Shown in pieces: positions 12,270 through 25,894 of a stretch of DNA of 64,000 bases (position 1 is its first letter; each line of letters opens with the position of its first letter). The stretch is from Podarcis liolepis. Lineage: Eukaryota. The position numbers and the translations under genes were made by a program. The notes beneath the pieces are model-generated. The model saw only the letters and a program-made list of their open reading frames with translations, was not told the origin of the DNA and did not search any database. The DNA lies in the NCBI GenBank assembly GCA_965112155.1, contig OZ218100.1; one strand, given 5' to 3'.

Positions 12270-13346
12270 CTTGGAATTCTTTTCCAGGTCTAATGCAAGA
12301 CAGCTTTGCCAGAGTTCCCACTGACAACAAAAGGTTCTATTTAAGAGGGTGGGAACAGACATGTATAATGCATAAATTCATTTCTTTGTCATCACGTGTT
12401 CCGTTCAATTCTAATCTTTCCTGCTTTAAGCACATTGTACACATTAAGTGGCATTCTTTGATTCTCCACCCCCGCCCTTTCTCTCTCTTTAATTGAAAGT
12501 CTGGTATGATCTGTGTCTGAACAAAGGGAAGTGGCTGAGTAGATACATTCTTTGCAGAATTCTCTGTCTGGGAAAATATCTTTTCAATCTCATGTAAGAG
12601 AACCATCAAACCTGGAAACATGAAACTAATTTGAGTACCCTTATGTGTTTCATCTGTGCTCTTAGCTGTTTCAAGCTCCTCACTTACACATGACATAAAG
12701 ATTGTGTCATCTTGACTTGCCAGTTACGAAAACTCTGGATTCTGACTGAGCAAGATGTGAACTAGCTTGTCTTATGTTGCTATCAAAAGGTATATGTGCA
12801 ACACGTTAAAAAGTGAGAAGAAAAACATTTCCATCAAGGTAAAGAAAAGGTTACTCTTATTTTCCAGCCGTATGGCTACAACCCATGCAAATGCTGTGGG
12901 CTATTCGTGGAGTGTATTTTGCTCATCCATGCGAGAAGCATATTGTCAGGAGGACGAGTGCTAGATAGCACATATCTGAATGCTAACACTTTAGGTTAAT
13001 TCCATAGGACAGTGCTCACAGGGAAGCTCGAATTATAACTTCTTAAAAGTATAACAAGAAAATATTGTTCACACTACCTGAGCTGGTTCTGGGTTACTCA
13101 GATACTGCCTTATCATCAATTGATGTACCTTTGCTTGTAAAAAAAAATAAAAATCCCTTTTGGTTCTCTGAGGCTTAAATCCTAAGGTTTTTATTTATTT
13201 ATTTTTTTGAAGGGGGGACAAACCATAGGTGGTTTTCCCAGTTATTCACTGCCCTGCCAGACAGCTGCCAGCAGTCAGAACTGTGGGTGGAATAATGTCT
13301 TTGTACTTCTCTATCCTTCCTCTGGTTTTAAAAAACTAACTATACC

Positions 13347-14019
13347 ACGAAGATCATGGCCTCTGGTCCCATCACCTCCTGGCAAATAGAAGGGGAAGAA
13401 ATGGAGGCAGTGAGAGATTTTACTTTATTGGGCTCCATGATCACTGCAGATGGTGACAGCAGCAACAAAATTAAAAGACGCCTGCTTCTTGGGAGAAAAG
13501 CGATGACAAACCTAGACAGCATCTTAAAAAGCAGAGACATCACCTTGCCAACAAAGGTCCGTATAGTTAAAGCTATGGTTTTCCCAGTAGTGATGGATGG
13601 AAGTGAGAGCTGGCCCATAAAGAAGGCTTATCGCTGAAGAATTGATGCTTTTGAATTATGGTGCTGGAGGAGACTCTTGAGAGTCCCATGGACTGCAAGA
13701 AGATCAAACCTCTCCATTCTTAAGGAAATCAGCCCTGAGTGCTCACTGGAAAGACAGGTCCTAAAGCTGAGGCTCCAATACTTTGGCCACCTCATGAGAA
13801 GAGAAGACTCCCTGGGAAAGACCCTGATGTTGGGAAAGATGGAGGACACAAGGAGAAGGGGGCAACAGAGGACGAGGTGGTTGGACAGTGTTCTCGATGC
13901 TACCAGCATGAGTTTGACCAAACTGCGGGAGGCAGTGGAAGACAGGAGTGCCTGGCGTGCTCTGGTCCATGGGGTCACAAAGAGTCGGACATGACTAAAC
14001 GACTAAACAACAACAACAA
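13347..14019 (+). mobile_element. Bov-B (RTE-clade) LINE, 5'-truncated 3' end
   Basis: MASGPITSWQIEGEEMEAVRDFTLLGS...IKRRLLLGRKAMTNLDSILKSRDITLPTKV...RVPWTARRSN...WRALVHGVTKSRT is the characteristic Bov-B ORF C-terminus; in-frame TGA at 13635; (CAA)n tail. Confidence 0.96.
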
Positions 14020-14329
14020 ATACCCCATCAGAAACAACATGGTGGGGATAGATTGGATAGTGTGCTGCTGCTGCCAGGGGACAGGGAAGGCACAAGGTCT
14101 ACCCTTGTCACACATTGATTTCAAACTTACAGGCATCATCTGAACTAGGGCTGCAAAAGTTTCTCCTAGAGGCTGCTTACTTGTTCACAAAGTCCGAAGT
14201 TTTTATCTGCTGCTCTTTCCTAAAACAGTAATAGCACACAAGCAAACTAAATCTCTTGGGCTCTTTCATACACTTGGCAGCACATATAAAAGTAAATGAA
14301 CCCTACTTTGAAAGTGTTGCTTACTAGTG

Positions 14330-14365
<36 letters not shown>
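14330..14365 (+). repeat. (TAC)n microsatellite
   Basis: Seen directly. Confidence 0.95.
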
Positions 14366-14712
14366 CATAACTAAGAAAGAACTTTGATAGAAGTAGAGAT
14401 GCTTGAAGTATTTGATTTATGTGAGTTGTTACACAAACTGACTTGATTCACACTTCTGGATGAAAGTGTTGATGGTTATTCTTTGGACTTCTTTAGATTT
14501 TCCAGTGCAATTCTTGGATTTTAAAGTGCACATTTTTAGATTAAACATGTGTAGGTGTATTTATTGTTTGAGAAAATATGTTCAAAAATGTGTTTGTTTT
14601 TTACAGATCCCCCCCAACCCCTCCAAAAAAACCACACAAAAACTTTCAAAGGATTGCACTGCACCACTTTTTGCATTTTAGAATTCACCTTGCATGTCCT
14701 AGGTGGCTTAAT

Positions 14713-14982
14713 GCGGGGTGGCACTGTGGTCTAAACCACTGAGCTTTTGGGGCTTGCTGATCAGAAGGTCGGCGGTTCAAATCCCCACGATGGGGTGAGC
14801 TCCTGTTTCTCTGTCCAAGCTCCTGCCAACCTAGCAGTTTGAAAGCATACCAGTGCAAGTAGATAAATAGGTACCGCTGCAGGGGTAAGGTCAACGGCGT
14901 TTCCGTGCGTTCTGGTTTCTGTCACAGTGTTCTGTTCTGCCAGAAGTGGTTTAGTCATTCTGGTCAGGGGTCCTTTACCTTT
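14713..14982 (+). mobile_element. Sauria SINE, variant subfamily with internal 3' deletion
   Basis: Head and core match other copies; sequence jumps from ttagtcat to tggtcagggg and the tail. Confidence 0.9.
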
Positions 14983-15134
14983 TAGCTAATGTTTAATACA
15001 AGACCCCATAAAGTTATTCCAACTTCCTTTCTTTATTCTATTTTTTTCTTTTCTGGCTCTTGGCCGTGCATCATTTCACCAAACTGCTTGGTATATTACA
15101 AGCAATCAGGTTCTACTAAAATTAAGAGTTCTAA

Positions 15135-15362
<228 letters not shown>

Positions 15363-17674
15363 TAAATTTAGTATTATCCAAGTCATAGCACTATAGGTTT
15401 TACCATTATATACATACCTCGTTCTTGTTTGATCTTTAAAGGAGTAAGTTGCAAGATTAAAAGATGCCTGATTCACTATATTAAAACAAATACTTCCAAA
15501 AATCATGGGCTTCCATTGGTTATATATGTATTGTAGGACCAAAAGGGACAACCTTTGATGTGCAAACATACTAGGATGTAAGCCTTACTGAACTCATTGG
15601 GACATACTTGTGACTGAACATGCTTAGATCTGTGTTGTAAATTTCTTTGTGGGCAGATAAGCCCATCATATCAGAAGTAGCCATTAATGCTATTCTACCC
15701 ATGCTTCGTCTTTATTTTTGCCATGAAGTGGCAAAAGAAATGAGAGCACAGGATCCCAGCCTGTCACCTTTCATGGCATCTTATAGGATCTACTCTACTT
15801 ATTAGAACTGGATCTAGTTTTAGCAATGAAAGTAACTATATTGGCCTCACTGAGCTAAACTGATCTGCAGAATCACATTGGAAGGGTTTCTCAGGAAGTA
15901 ATTCACAAACTATTAGAGAAGTCATTTCCACATCAAGAAAACTGCCCATTCTTCAGGTGGAGGAGAGATAGATGAGCCTATATAGCAGTGCAGATGCAAT
16001 CTCTCAGGAATGATAGCATATTAGAATTTTTGTAATGCATTCTAACTGCAGTAGAATGAAAATCCTAATTCATTGTACTTTTAAGTATCATGTTTACTCT
16101 CAAATAGTTAATATTCTTACATAAATAGGCTAGAGTTTAGCTGGGGAGGGAAACTGTTTGCTAAAATACTTTCCTTATACATATTCAGAGGAATTCATAA
16201 TTTTTTTTCACACAATTTCATTTTCTTCTTCCTAGAATAGAAAGATAACTGTATTCCCCTAATACTAGACCAAAAGACACCCACTCAATCACGAGCAAAT
16301 TCATTGCTCCATTTGCATTTTAATAGGAATGGCAAATGTGAAATTAATATAGAATGAAATAAGAAATTACAAACAACCATCTGTAGGTAGAAAACAGATT
16401 TAATATTTACTTATTAGCAGCCTTCTGAGTCAATATTTATTACAGCAAGTGGAAAAACGGCACTGAACTGTGACCATTTCCAATAAGTGTGGCTCTCTGG
16501 GCAGTGTTTTACATCGTCACATGTAATGTTTAATGTTTAAGAAATGTGGGTGGTGCTTCACAGTGTGGAAATGGTAACAAAATCTATGAAAGATCATGAC
16601 ATGCTTATCAGCATAGTAGGCATTGTCATGCTTCAAGTGTATTCAGGTCTCCAAGGTCTGACTTATAATGTAACTGATCAGACATTGAACTTGATATGGG
16701 AAAAGGTAAAACAACCCACCAATATTCTTGTTTACTTGCAGTTGTGAATGTCTAATGTTAAGGAACGAGTGAGGCCCTGAACAAAGTGGCGTAATACAGT
16801 GTGCACATGTTCAGGGTTTCAGCCACTCCACCACATACACACACCAGATTTTCATCCTCCTGCAGTCAATATGTTGCGTCCACTGAACATGTTTGGTCCT
16901 CAGCAGTCTGGTTTGAGAGGGTGTTGGTTTGAACACACTGCTGCCCAATCCCAATTCCATTGGGTTCCAGCACAGATTTCTGTGGGCAGCTCTAGGGACA
17001 TTTAAAAATGGCTTCTTAGCGTGAACCAGGAATGGCCTTCCCAGTCAAGCAGGTGGTTGTCTCTTTTCATCTATGTGTCTCATCCTTTGTCTTTCTCCAT
17101 GGCATTCCCTCTCCCACCTCGCCTTCAGTGCCACCATCTCAGTAGTTTCCAGTTCATTGGCACTGAGCAGACTTGGTCTTCATTGGGATATTTTGGGGTC
17201 ATTTCTGCCCTTTACAATTTATTTTGTGCTTACGTTTGTTGATTATATGCTCAGAAATAAGACATTCCTTCAGTAGTTCATTTTGAGCTGTGAACGTCCA
17301 ATGTCAAGTAATGCTTCTGAATTTAAAGGAGGGGTTGTGGCGACAAGGCACTTAGAAATGAATTCCTAAATGTATGTTGGTTTTCTTTTTCTTCAAATTA
17401 ATTCAGTCCTTTGAAACACTTTATTTCTGGGTATAAAATAAGTTTTGGAATAAAGGAGATTTTTTTGGGGGGGAGAGCTAATTGATGCTACCAGCTTATT
17501 TAATCTGGAAGAGAAATGAAACTGATGCAGTGTGCAGCTAATGGTTGTAGCACTGCTGGGGGTGCTACAACTACAATGTATAATGGTAGGTGAGAGGGGA
17601 GGCGACAAATTGTGGTGTCACACACGGTGCCAAGGTCCGCCACTGTGTAAGTCAGTGTTATTGGGATATGTCTG

Positions 17675-17765
17675 GTGGCATCCACATCTTGAGGATTGTC
17701 AATCAGTTCAGCAAGTGTTCCAAATAAAAGGTCATGTGTTGTGGAGTTTGCATACATGTACCCCA
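17675..17765 (-). pseudogene. MORC1/MORC2-family N-terminal (GHKL ATPase N-box) coding fragment insertion
   Basis: Translates [30 protein letters not shown] versus recalled MORC2 [30 protein letters not shown]; flanked by 10-bp direct repeats gatatgtctg (17665-17674, 17766-17775). Confidence 0.85.
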
Positions 17766-17983
17766 GATATGTCTGCAACTAACCAAAGAAGAATGCTGAT
17801 AAACCAGGTTTTCTTCCTTTTTTTCTGGACGTAATTTGTAGCTTCATGTTAATTATTATAACCACAATGAAACAAAGAAGATTCACACTTACATTCATTC
17901 AGATTAATGGATTTAATCATGGTTAATTATGTGTTGTTACATGCCTGTCATTCCTTTTTATTTAGCACCAAAGGTAGTCATGA

Positions 17984-18358
<375 letters not shown>

Positions 18359-18553
18359 TGAATTAGCTGACATCTGCTAAAAATATAAACAAACAGTTCC
18401 CCCAAATATTCTACTTTATGCTTCTTGACAAATAGCATATTTCAATTTTGTATTCAAATGACAAAATGTTAACATACGTTGTAATATACAGGGGTGTCTC
18501 AGATCAGATTCTGCCTGAAAAACTTGGCTGTGCAAATTGCTGCATTTCACATC

Positions 18554-19021
18554 TGTCAGATGCTGGGTGGTGGTTGCTTGTGAGTAACCAGGCAGGACTC
18601 TGACCTGTCTTTTACAGGTTTTATTGTGCAGACTATTTACAGTGCAGATACACAAAGTTCATGTCTGTCTGAGTCACTTGCAGAATCCGGGAGTGGCCCC
18701 TTCCGGCTTCTCCCCCAACATAAGAACTTAGACACCCCAAATCTCCGCCTCCCCTCCTTGTGTTTCACCCCTCTGTGCAAGCTGGGCAACAGAAGTGGAG
18801 TGTGTGCCTCCTGGCCAGCCAGGCTAGGTGAGGCGCTTGGGCTCTCAGCAGCATCTTCGAGCCCTCTCCTCGCTTGGCTGGCCCCTTCCCGCTCTTCCCC
18901 ACTGGAGGTGTGGCTTTTCCCCTCGCTGGAAGAGGAACTGCTCCTCAGAAGCGTAGGAGGCTCCCTGTATCCCAAGGGCATCCCTGCCTCCCTCCCCTGT
19001 TCCGATGGCAGTCCCTTGACA
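18554..19021 (-). mobile_element. Solo LTR
   Basis: Termini tgtca...tgaca; 5-bp TSD acatc (18549-18553, 19022-19026); minus-strand AATAAA at 18620-18625. Confidence 0.88.
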
Positions 19022-19395
19022 ACATCGAATAAGGCATTTACTTCAATCATAAACATTTCATTCTTGAAGGGAAGCAAGCTGTGCAGAGTAAGAAGCCACT
19101 GCTTCCATTCCGTTGTTCCCCAATACACTGAACCATTTCACTGATGACCGCAGCAGCATAGGAGTTGTTTCTGGCAGCGCTCATCCCATGCTACTGTGGC
19201 AACATGTGAAAGGCTGGAAATGTGGGTGGGATCTCTATCTCATTTTTTACCTAGTTGAGAAAGGGAGGGGAAAGGACTCACACAGCTGATCCTGTGCACA
19301 TGGTTTTGGCCTTTTAAACATTTCCAGAGTGACACAAAATAAAACCATTAGAAAGTGGCTCTTGAGCTGCTACAGTAATTCATCTTCATCAGTAG

Positions 19396-19822
19396 CAGTG
19401 CCGGATTTACGTATAAGCTAAACAAGCTATAGCTTAGGGCCCCACTCTCTTTGGGCCCCCCAAAAAAATTAAAGGGAAAAAACCCTGGATGTACATTTCC
19501 AAAATATAAGATAAAAAACAAATAAAATAAAATCTACATACAGCAACAGTGTTTTGTGTGGTATAGGCTCCTATGAGTAATGGGCCTCGCCTGCTAGCCT
19601 GCTCCCTAAAATATCACTGGTTTGCTCATTTTTGTATATAGGGTGACTACATTCTGCCTGTGCAAATGGCTTTAGATACCTATTAGGTCCATAAATTACC
19701 ATATAGCATATATTCAACAGAAAAACAGCGACAATTTGTTCTTGACAAAGGACAGCTGGACATATAAAGGGCCCCATTATCTTCAGTAGCTTAGGGCCAC
19801 ATCAAACCTAAATCCGGCCCTG
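19396..19822. mobile_element. Non-autonomous hAT element (Tip100-like ends)
   Basis: TIRs cagtgccggattta/taaatccggccctg; 8-bp TSD atcagtag (19388-19395, 19823-19830); subterminal agcttagggcc repeats. Confidence 0.92.
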
Positions 19823-21534
19823 ATCAGTAGCACCAGTATCTCTTCATGACACTGCGATCCATGAATTGTCTGGCGTTGGCATTGCTGCACATACTGGCCT
19901 CATATTCAGCTAAAATAAACTTGCTAATTCAAAACAATGCCAGTTTTGTCCAGTATAGGGAAAGAAAAATGTTTGGGTTGGGTCAACAATTGCTAGGGGA
20001 AATGCAACTTGGACCTTCTTATGCCCCCAGTTTTGCTGTTTACATTGTTCCTGTGCCTAGCAACTGTGCATTTTAGCAAAGGATCTATCGGCAAAGGATT
20101 CTTGAGTGATCTACTGATGGTGGTAGTGTGTGTGTGTGTGTGGGCATGTCCAATCAGAGAACTTGATTGCATTTTGAACTGCAGAGTTATCAGAGCTCTG
20201 ACAAGCCTTTCATGGGATTCCTTAGTATAGAGTCTTGAAGTAAAAATAGTCACTTTTATGAGAGATAATGCTTATTTATATGTTACCATAGTTGCATAAT
20301 TGAGGACTGGATGTCATTGACTCCGACCACATGGTTTGGTCATCTGTACCAAAGCAGTGTGGAAAAAAGTCATGACATTTTTCTTCCCATACAGTTACAG
20401 TAACACAAAATGGCTCTTAATGTTGCTCTTATGAATAATCTTCATGGCCTTACAGCTTGGTTGCAGATGTTTACCATTTTTCAAAGATTAATTTTTATGT
20501 GCATAAATTTATGCTACAGATTCCTATACATAAGTTTCCAACACACACACCCCTGCTTTAATAAGTATGCTGATGTAGATGATTAATTGGATGAATGCAA
20601 ATGTATTTTGCTCGCAAAATGTTTGGACCCCATCAAGAGTCCATTGTCTCACCAGCTCAGCACAGCATGTAAAACACCACGAGGACATGAACTGACTGGT
20701 GTGATTATGTTAATTGTAATCAGCCTAACACTTTTCATTAAAACTTAATTACCATTTAATCATGCATAAAAGGATAGAAAATGGAGTTCAGTGTGCATCC
20801 CTGACCTTTACTTTGCAGGGTTAAATATATTTAAACTAGTTATTAGAAACTGGGGTTCCTAACTAAACATCTCCCATCAAGTCAGAGATGTACTGGTATG
20901 TGTAAGAAGGTAGAGAATGAAATGCCTGTTAACTGAATAACCAATTCTCTTTAGCCACAGTAGACCTCTGACCTTAAGAGTATCCAAGATCAGATTAATT
21001 AATTAGCAGACTTAGAGTTTGCTGGCCTTTTCATCCCTGTTTATTTATTATATTATTTGCTGCCCTTCATTGCCACTCATGTTGGGGCAGATGACAGCAA
21101 TAAATAATACAATAAGATGTCAGATACAGTTAAAACTGTCAAAATAATCAAGCATAATACAACAAAATGCAAAACAAAACACTTACCCTACTTCCCGACA
21201 TTTCTAACAAAGTAGATTATTTGTTGATGATGGCATTTATGACAATCAGCAAAAGAAAAGAAAAGAAATATTAGCATCAGACTGCTAAAAATGTTTTCCA
21301 GTCATTTATGCTCTCTACAATTATACCATATAGCACCTTAATTGTACCAAGGCGTTTGATACTCATAGATGCAAACAGTTAACCATAATGGTTTAGGAAA
21401 CAGCAAGTGAATGTATGATTCCTTCTCTGTTTTCATTTACCTTCCTCCTGGGTTGAAACATCAGATCTTGAGTAATTGTGGAGTGGGAGGAACATACTCA
21501 GAAATCATAATTGTTTATTACAGTTCAGTAAAAG

Positions 21535-21882
21535 TAATAAATTAGGTTCAGTTTGCCTTTAATGTGAACTGACCTAATTCACACTTTCCCAAACATTACA
21601 TGAACTGAACACCCCTTAAAATTTGTGCTTCTCTGAATTTTACAGTGCAATTCTCTAACCAAATAACATGTACGAAACAACATAAAAACACATTACATTA
21701 GGTCAAACTGCTTGCAAAAATGTGTACTTTAGGATAAATGCAGACTGAAATGCTGGCAAATTTTCATGAGTATTTTTTTTTAAAGTGCTTTCAAACTGAT
21801 GCAGAAGTGCAGAGAAATTAACTTAAGATTGGAAAATTGGGAACCTGAGAGGAACCAAAATTGTCAGATACGTCTACCCCTA
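21535..21882. mobile_element. Old interspersed repeat related to 5590-5991
   Basis: Collinear similarity by eye; boundaries approximate. Confidence 0.5.
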
Positions 21883-22543
21883 GTTATTTCTTTTTGTGAA
21901 GCAGGCTTTATTGATTAATAATCAATAACACAATTGTTCTTGAAGTTCACACATCTAGAGAATTACAATAGATCTGCAGTTATATTGTTGAAGCACACAT
22001 TTTACATAGGAGGGGCAAAGCTGGTGATTTCTGCTCATGCAGTGGGATTTCCCCTTCCTCTCTCCCCCCTTTAGCCCCTCAACAATCTCTCAAGCTCTCT
22101 CTGGAAATAGATTTTGAGGGCATGGGGAAAGGCTTCAAGAGGAGGGGGAGGAGAGGAGTGGAAGCCTGTTCTGTTCATGTACTCCACCATTAGATATAAC
22201 CCAGAGCTTGCTGATGGGAAAGATGCCAGGCCATAGGAACAGCCTCTCTCCCCTGTATTCTGAGGAGTCTAGTTTAGGAAATTAATGCTTGACCATAATT
22301 TTCTTAGCCATTTTGAGAGTTGCACCATGTTATTGAAATGAATGAACTACTGCCTACTTCAGTGGAAAGGAAGTAGTGGCGGAAGGAGCGGGAAGCTGGC
22401 TGGAAAGGAAAATTATATTAAATTTTTAAAAATAACCTCAATCAATCATTTTATTCGCATGCTGCCTTTACAAAGTTAAAACCATGCTCAAGGCAGCTCA
22501 CAACATATAAAAAATATACATAACTGCAAACATAACAGAAGTA

Positions 22544-22897
22544 AGGTAAGGTAAAGGGACCCCTGACTGTTAGGTCCAGTCGTGGCCGACTCTGGGGTTG
22601 CGGCACTCATCTCGCTTTATTGGTCAAGGGAGCTGGCGTACAGCTTCTGGGTCATGTGGCCAGCATGACTAAGCCGCTTCTGGCGAACCAGAGCAGCACA
22701 CAGAAACACCGTTTACCTTCCTGCTGGAGCGGTACCTATTTATCTACTTGCACTTTGACGTGCTTTTGAACTGCTAAGTTGGCAGGAGCAGGGACCGAGC
22801 AACGGGAGCTCACCCCGTCGCGGGGATTCGAACTGCCGACCTTCTGATCAGCAAGTCCTAGGCTCTGTGGTTTAACCCACAGCATCACCCGCGTCGT
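22544..22897 (-). mobile_element. Sauria SINE, full length
   Basis: 12-bp TSD ataacagaagta (22532-22543, 22898-22909). Confidence 0.96.
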
Positions 22898-25305
22898 ATA
22901 ACAGAAGTAGTCACAGACAATAAACAAACCATCAAAAGGACACAACCAAATTGATCAAATTTCCACATTTATAATAGGGTACAAAATAAAAATTTAGAAA
23001 AATAACAGCAACAACCTAATCCTTGTAAGAAAACACTATCGGCCCATGATTCTGTTCAGCAGCCTCAGCTTTTGTAGCTGGAGTCGGTCAGGGACCTGCC
23101 ATCCCCGGCCAGATGGGAAAAGACCTGCAAGGCAGGGAGGGATTCACAGCAATGATGGTCTAATACTTAAAAAGAAATGAAACCAAACTTCTCCATTTCT
23201 TTTGGTACATCTTAAAGTTGACTCATATACTATTTTTCTTTATGCTGTAGCATAAAGGTTTTGCCCTCCCCTCTCCTTACTCAGATGCATAAGTTTCTTC
23301 TTCAAAGTGTTACTTTTAAATAAATTGTTCTGTCACTGCATGGATTTCTCCACCTTCTTCTCACCCTGCACACCCGCTAAATCTGTCTCGGAGTTTCCCC
23401 AATCTTCTGCAGCAGATTTAGGGAGTAGGCAGAGTGTGCCTGGAAAGAAGAGAGGTGTCAAACAACAACAACAACAAAAAACACAACCCTGTTGAGCAAG
23501 CAGAAATCCTTGCATTGTTAGGTCTCATTAATGGAATACTTCCATGAGACCTTATATCTGCCTATCAGTTATTGTGATTTCCTCCCGTACTTTCATTTTT
23601 GTGAGGGTAGAACTGAGACAGAGTGAAGCAGAATGGAGCAACAGTATTCAATATGCAGGTTTCTACATTCCCATACTTAACCACATAAACCATTATGGGT
23701 GTTATTTGTAAGAGAGATCTGATATGGAAATATTATAAAACATCCCCTGTACAGGTAAAAGAAAACAGAAGGAAGCATGAAAAATCAGAGAGATGCAAAA
23801 CTTATCTGAAGTATCAATGGGAAACTTGGTCTAAAATGACCTGTTTTCTTGATGATTTAAATCTGCTTTATTTCAGTTAACCCTCCCTGGTGTTGAAGTG
23901 GTTAGCTGTTGGCTTAGATGGATTGCCTTTGTTGGCTGAGCACTAAACGCTTGGTACGCCTAAACCATTCTAGAAAGAATCAGAACCAAGCTGGAGCAGT
24001 CCCATGAATTGTGTTAGGTTTGTGGAGTTGGCAGCAGTTAATGAGCTGTACTATTGAAGGCTGCAGGCAAGTCTTAACACAATCAGTCGTGTGAAACTGC
24101 TCCTAACAGCCTTGGTGGGTGGTTAGTCAACCAGGACTACTGTCAGTGCAACTGCCAGGCCAAAAGATTGATGATGTCCTTGTGTGCTGTGCCTAGAGCT
24201 GGAGACCAACCACTCAGTCAATAATCACCCACTACCAGGATCCCTCCAGCCTCCGGGGAAGTATCATTGGCACGGTAGGATAACTGTTCATCCCCACCCC
24301 ACCCCAAGAATCCTCAGAACAATGTTTTTCCGCCCTCGTCCTTCATTCTCCCTGACAGCAAGGAGTTATTATGTTGGAAGTGAGGGGTATCTAGATCTCA
24401 ATCATCAACCTCCCTATTCCTATTAGCTTTTCCAAGTCTGCCATCTTGACCTAATAGGGGAAAATACTTGTTCCCAGAGAACCTGGAGCTTATTGCACAT
24501 CAGAAATGCCCACGATATCTGTTCAACAGGTAGATAGCTGTACATGTGACAGAGAGTGTGAAACGCAGGGGAGTCTCCACATCCCTACTGGAATTCTACC
24601 TGCACCATTGTTTTGGATTGATTGAGTTTACTTATATACAGTATGCTGCTTTTCCACAATGAGCTGGGCCCAAAGCAGCTTACAGCAAACATTCAAAACA
24701 TCGAAATACAGGGCGCTGGAAATGCAAATATGCAAAATGCAGAACATGTCAGTAAATGCTGTAGTTTAATTTACTTAATTGGGGGTTTGAGGTTTTCTTT
24801 AGATAATGGAAACGAGGGGCGGAGTGGTATGTCCTGACCTCCTTGTCCTGCTGCTGAACTTGCACATCTGCTTAACTCACCTTGTCCGCTGGTTCTCTCT
24901 GTAGCTCCCCACACTAGGTTGCTCTTAATTTATATGCCTGGCTAGTTCCTTCCAGTCTAGATAATCAGTACTCTCCAGGAATGGCTGCAACTGCTGTGCC
25001 ATGACTTTCTCCAGTACTGTACCTAAAAAGGGTAGGGACTACTGACCAAGAGTTGTTGTGTGTCCATGAATCCAGGGTGGGCTTCTAGAGGAAGGATAGC
25101 AGGTGATTCCCACTCATGTAGAGACACAATAACTACATTATGAATCCACCCAGTCTGCTCTGATTTTTGTTCTCTGTTTTTTATGTTTTCAGTTGTATCT
25201 GTGTATGATAAAATTAAACACAACAAATAAATATTTTCTACCTAAGATCAAGAGGCCAATGGCTTACTTACTGTATCTTTGGTTAGCACCTTTATGCCAA
25301 AATAC

Positions 25306-25894
25306 TGTTATGGATTTGTAGATTCCCTGCTTTCTCCAGGTTTCTGGGTGCCCTGCCTCCCCCTAGATTCCTGGGTGTTGGGTTTTAAATCAGTGTTTAG
25401 AGAAGGAAGGTAACAGACATTGAAATTAACAGTGTAAAACTACAGACAAGACCAGGTCATTTAGAGCAATTGATACTACAGATGCTGTCCTTCCCCTGGC
25501 CCTGAGTAGTGGGCAGGGACAAAATAGTAGGGAGGGGGAGGTTGCCAGGGTTACAGGGGGTGTGATGTCACCACAGGAATTTTGCAGGAGCTTTTTGGAA
25601 AGAGCATGAAGGAAGTGGGGGCAGGATTGCATGTGGAAGACCAGGGACATGGCTGGTTACAACTCTGGAATCAATCTTGCTGAAGCTATGGGAGAAGCAG
25701 CAGCAGACACTCATAGCGTGTAAGATTCTGCACTTCTTCCATAATGGCTTGGGTGTGCACATGTGTAAATAAAACTATATATCTTAAAGACACTACGGTC
25801 TCCACTATGTCTCATTCCAAACACGAACCCTGGTTAAGTGCCAAGACCCCTGGAATCCTGCATCGCTCGGCAGAGATTGGGATGGCCCATAACC
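25306..25894 (+). mobile_element. Solo LTR related to 1855-2520
   Basis: Termini tgttatgg...ccataacc; AATAAA near 25768; 3' part aligns with 2381-2520; flanks atac/acac; a further related 5' fragment near 27090-27180. Confidence 0.65.

Noticed and set aside
13340-14143. Several ORFs as a host gene
   Set aside because: All are frames of the truncated Bov-B fragment; there is no RT core and an internal stop.
17500-17778. Functional nested MORC gene
   Set aside because: Homology is limited to ~30 codons with substitutions at conserved sites; I saw no other MORC exons in the window.
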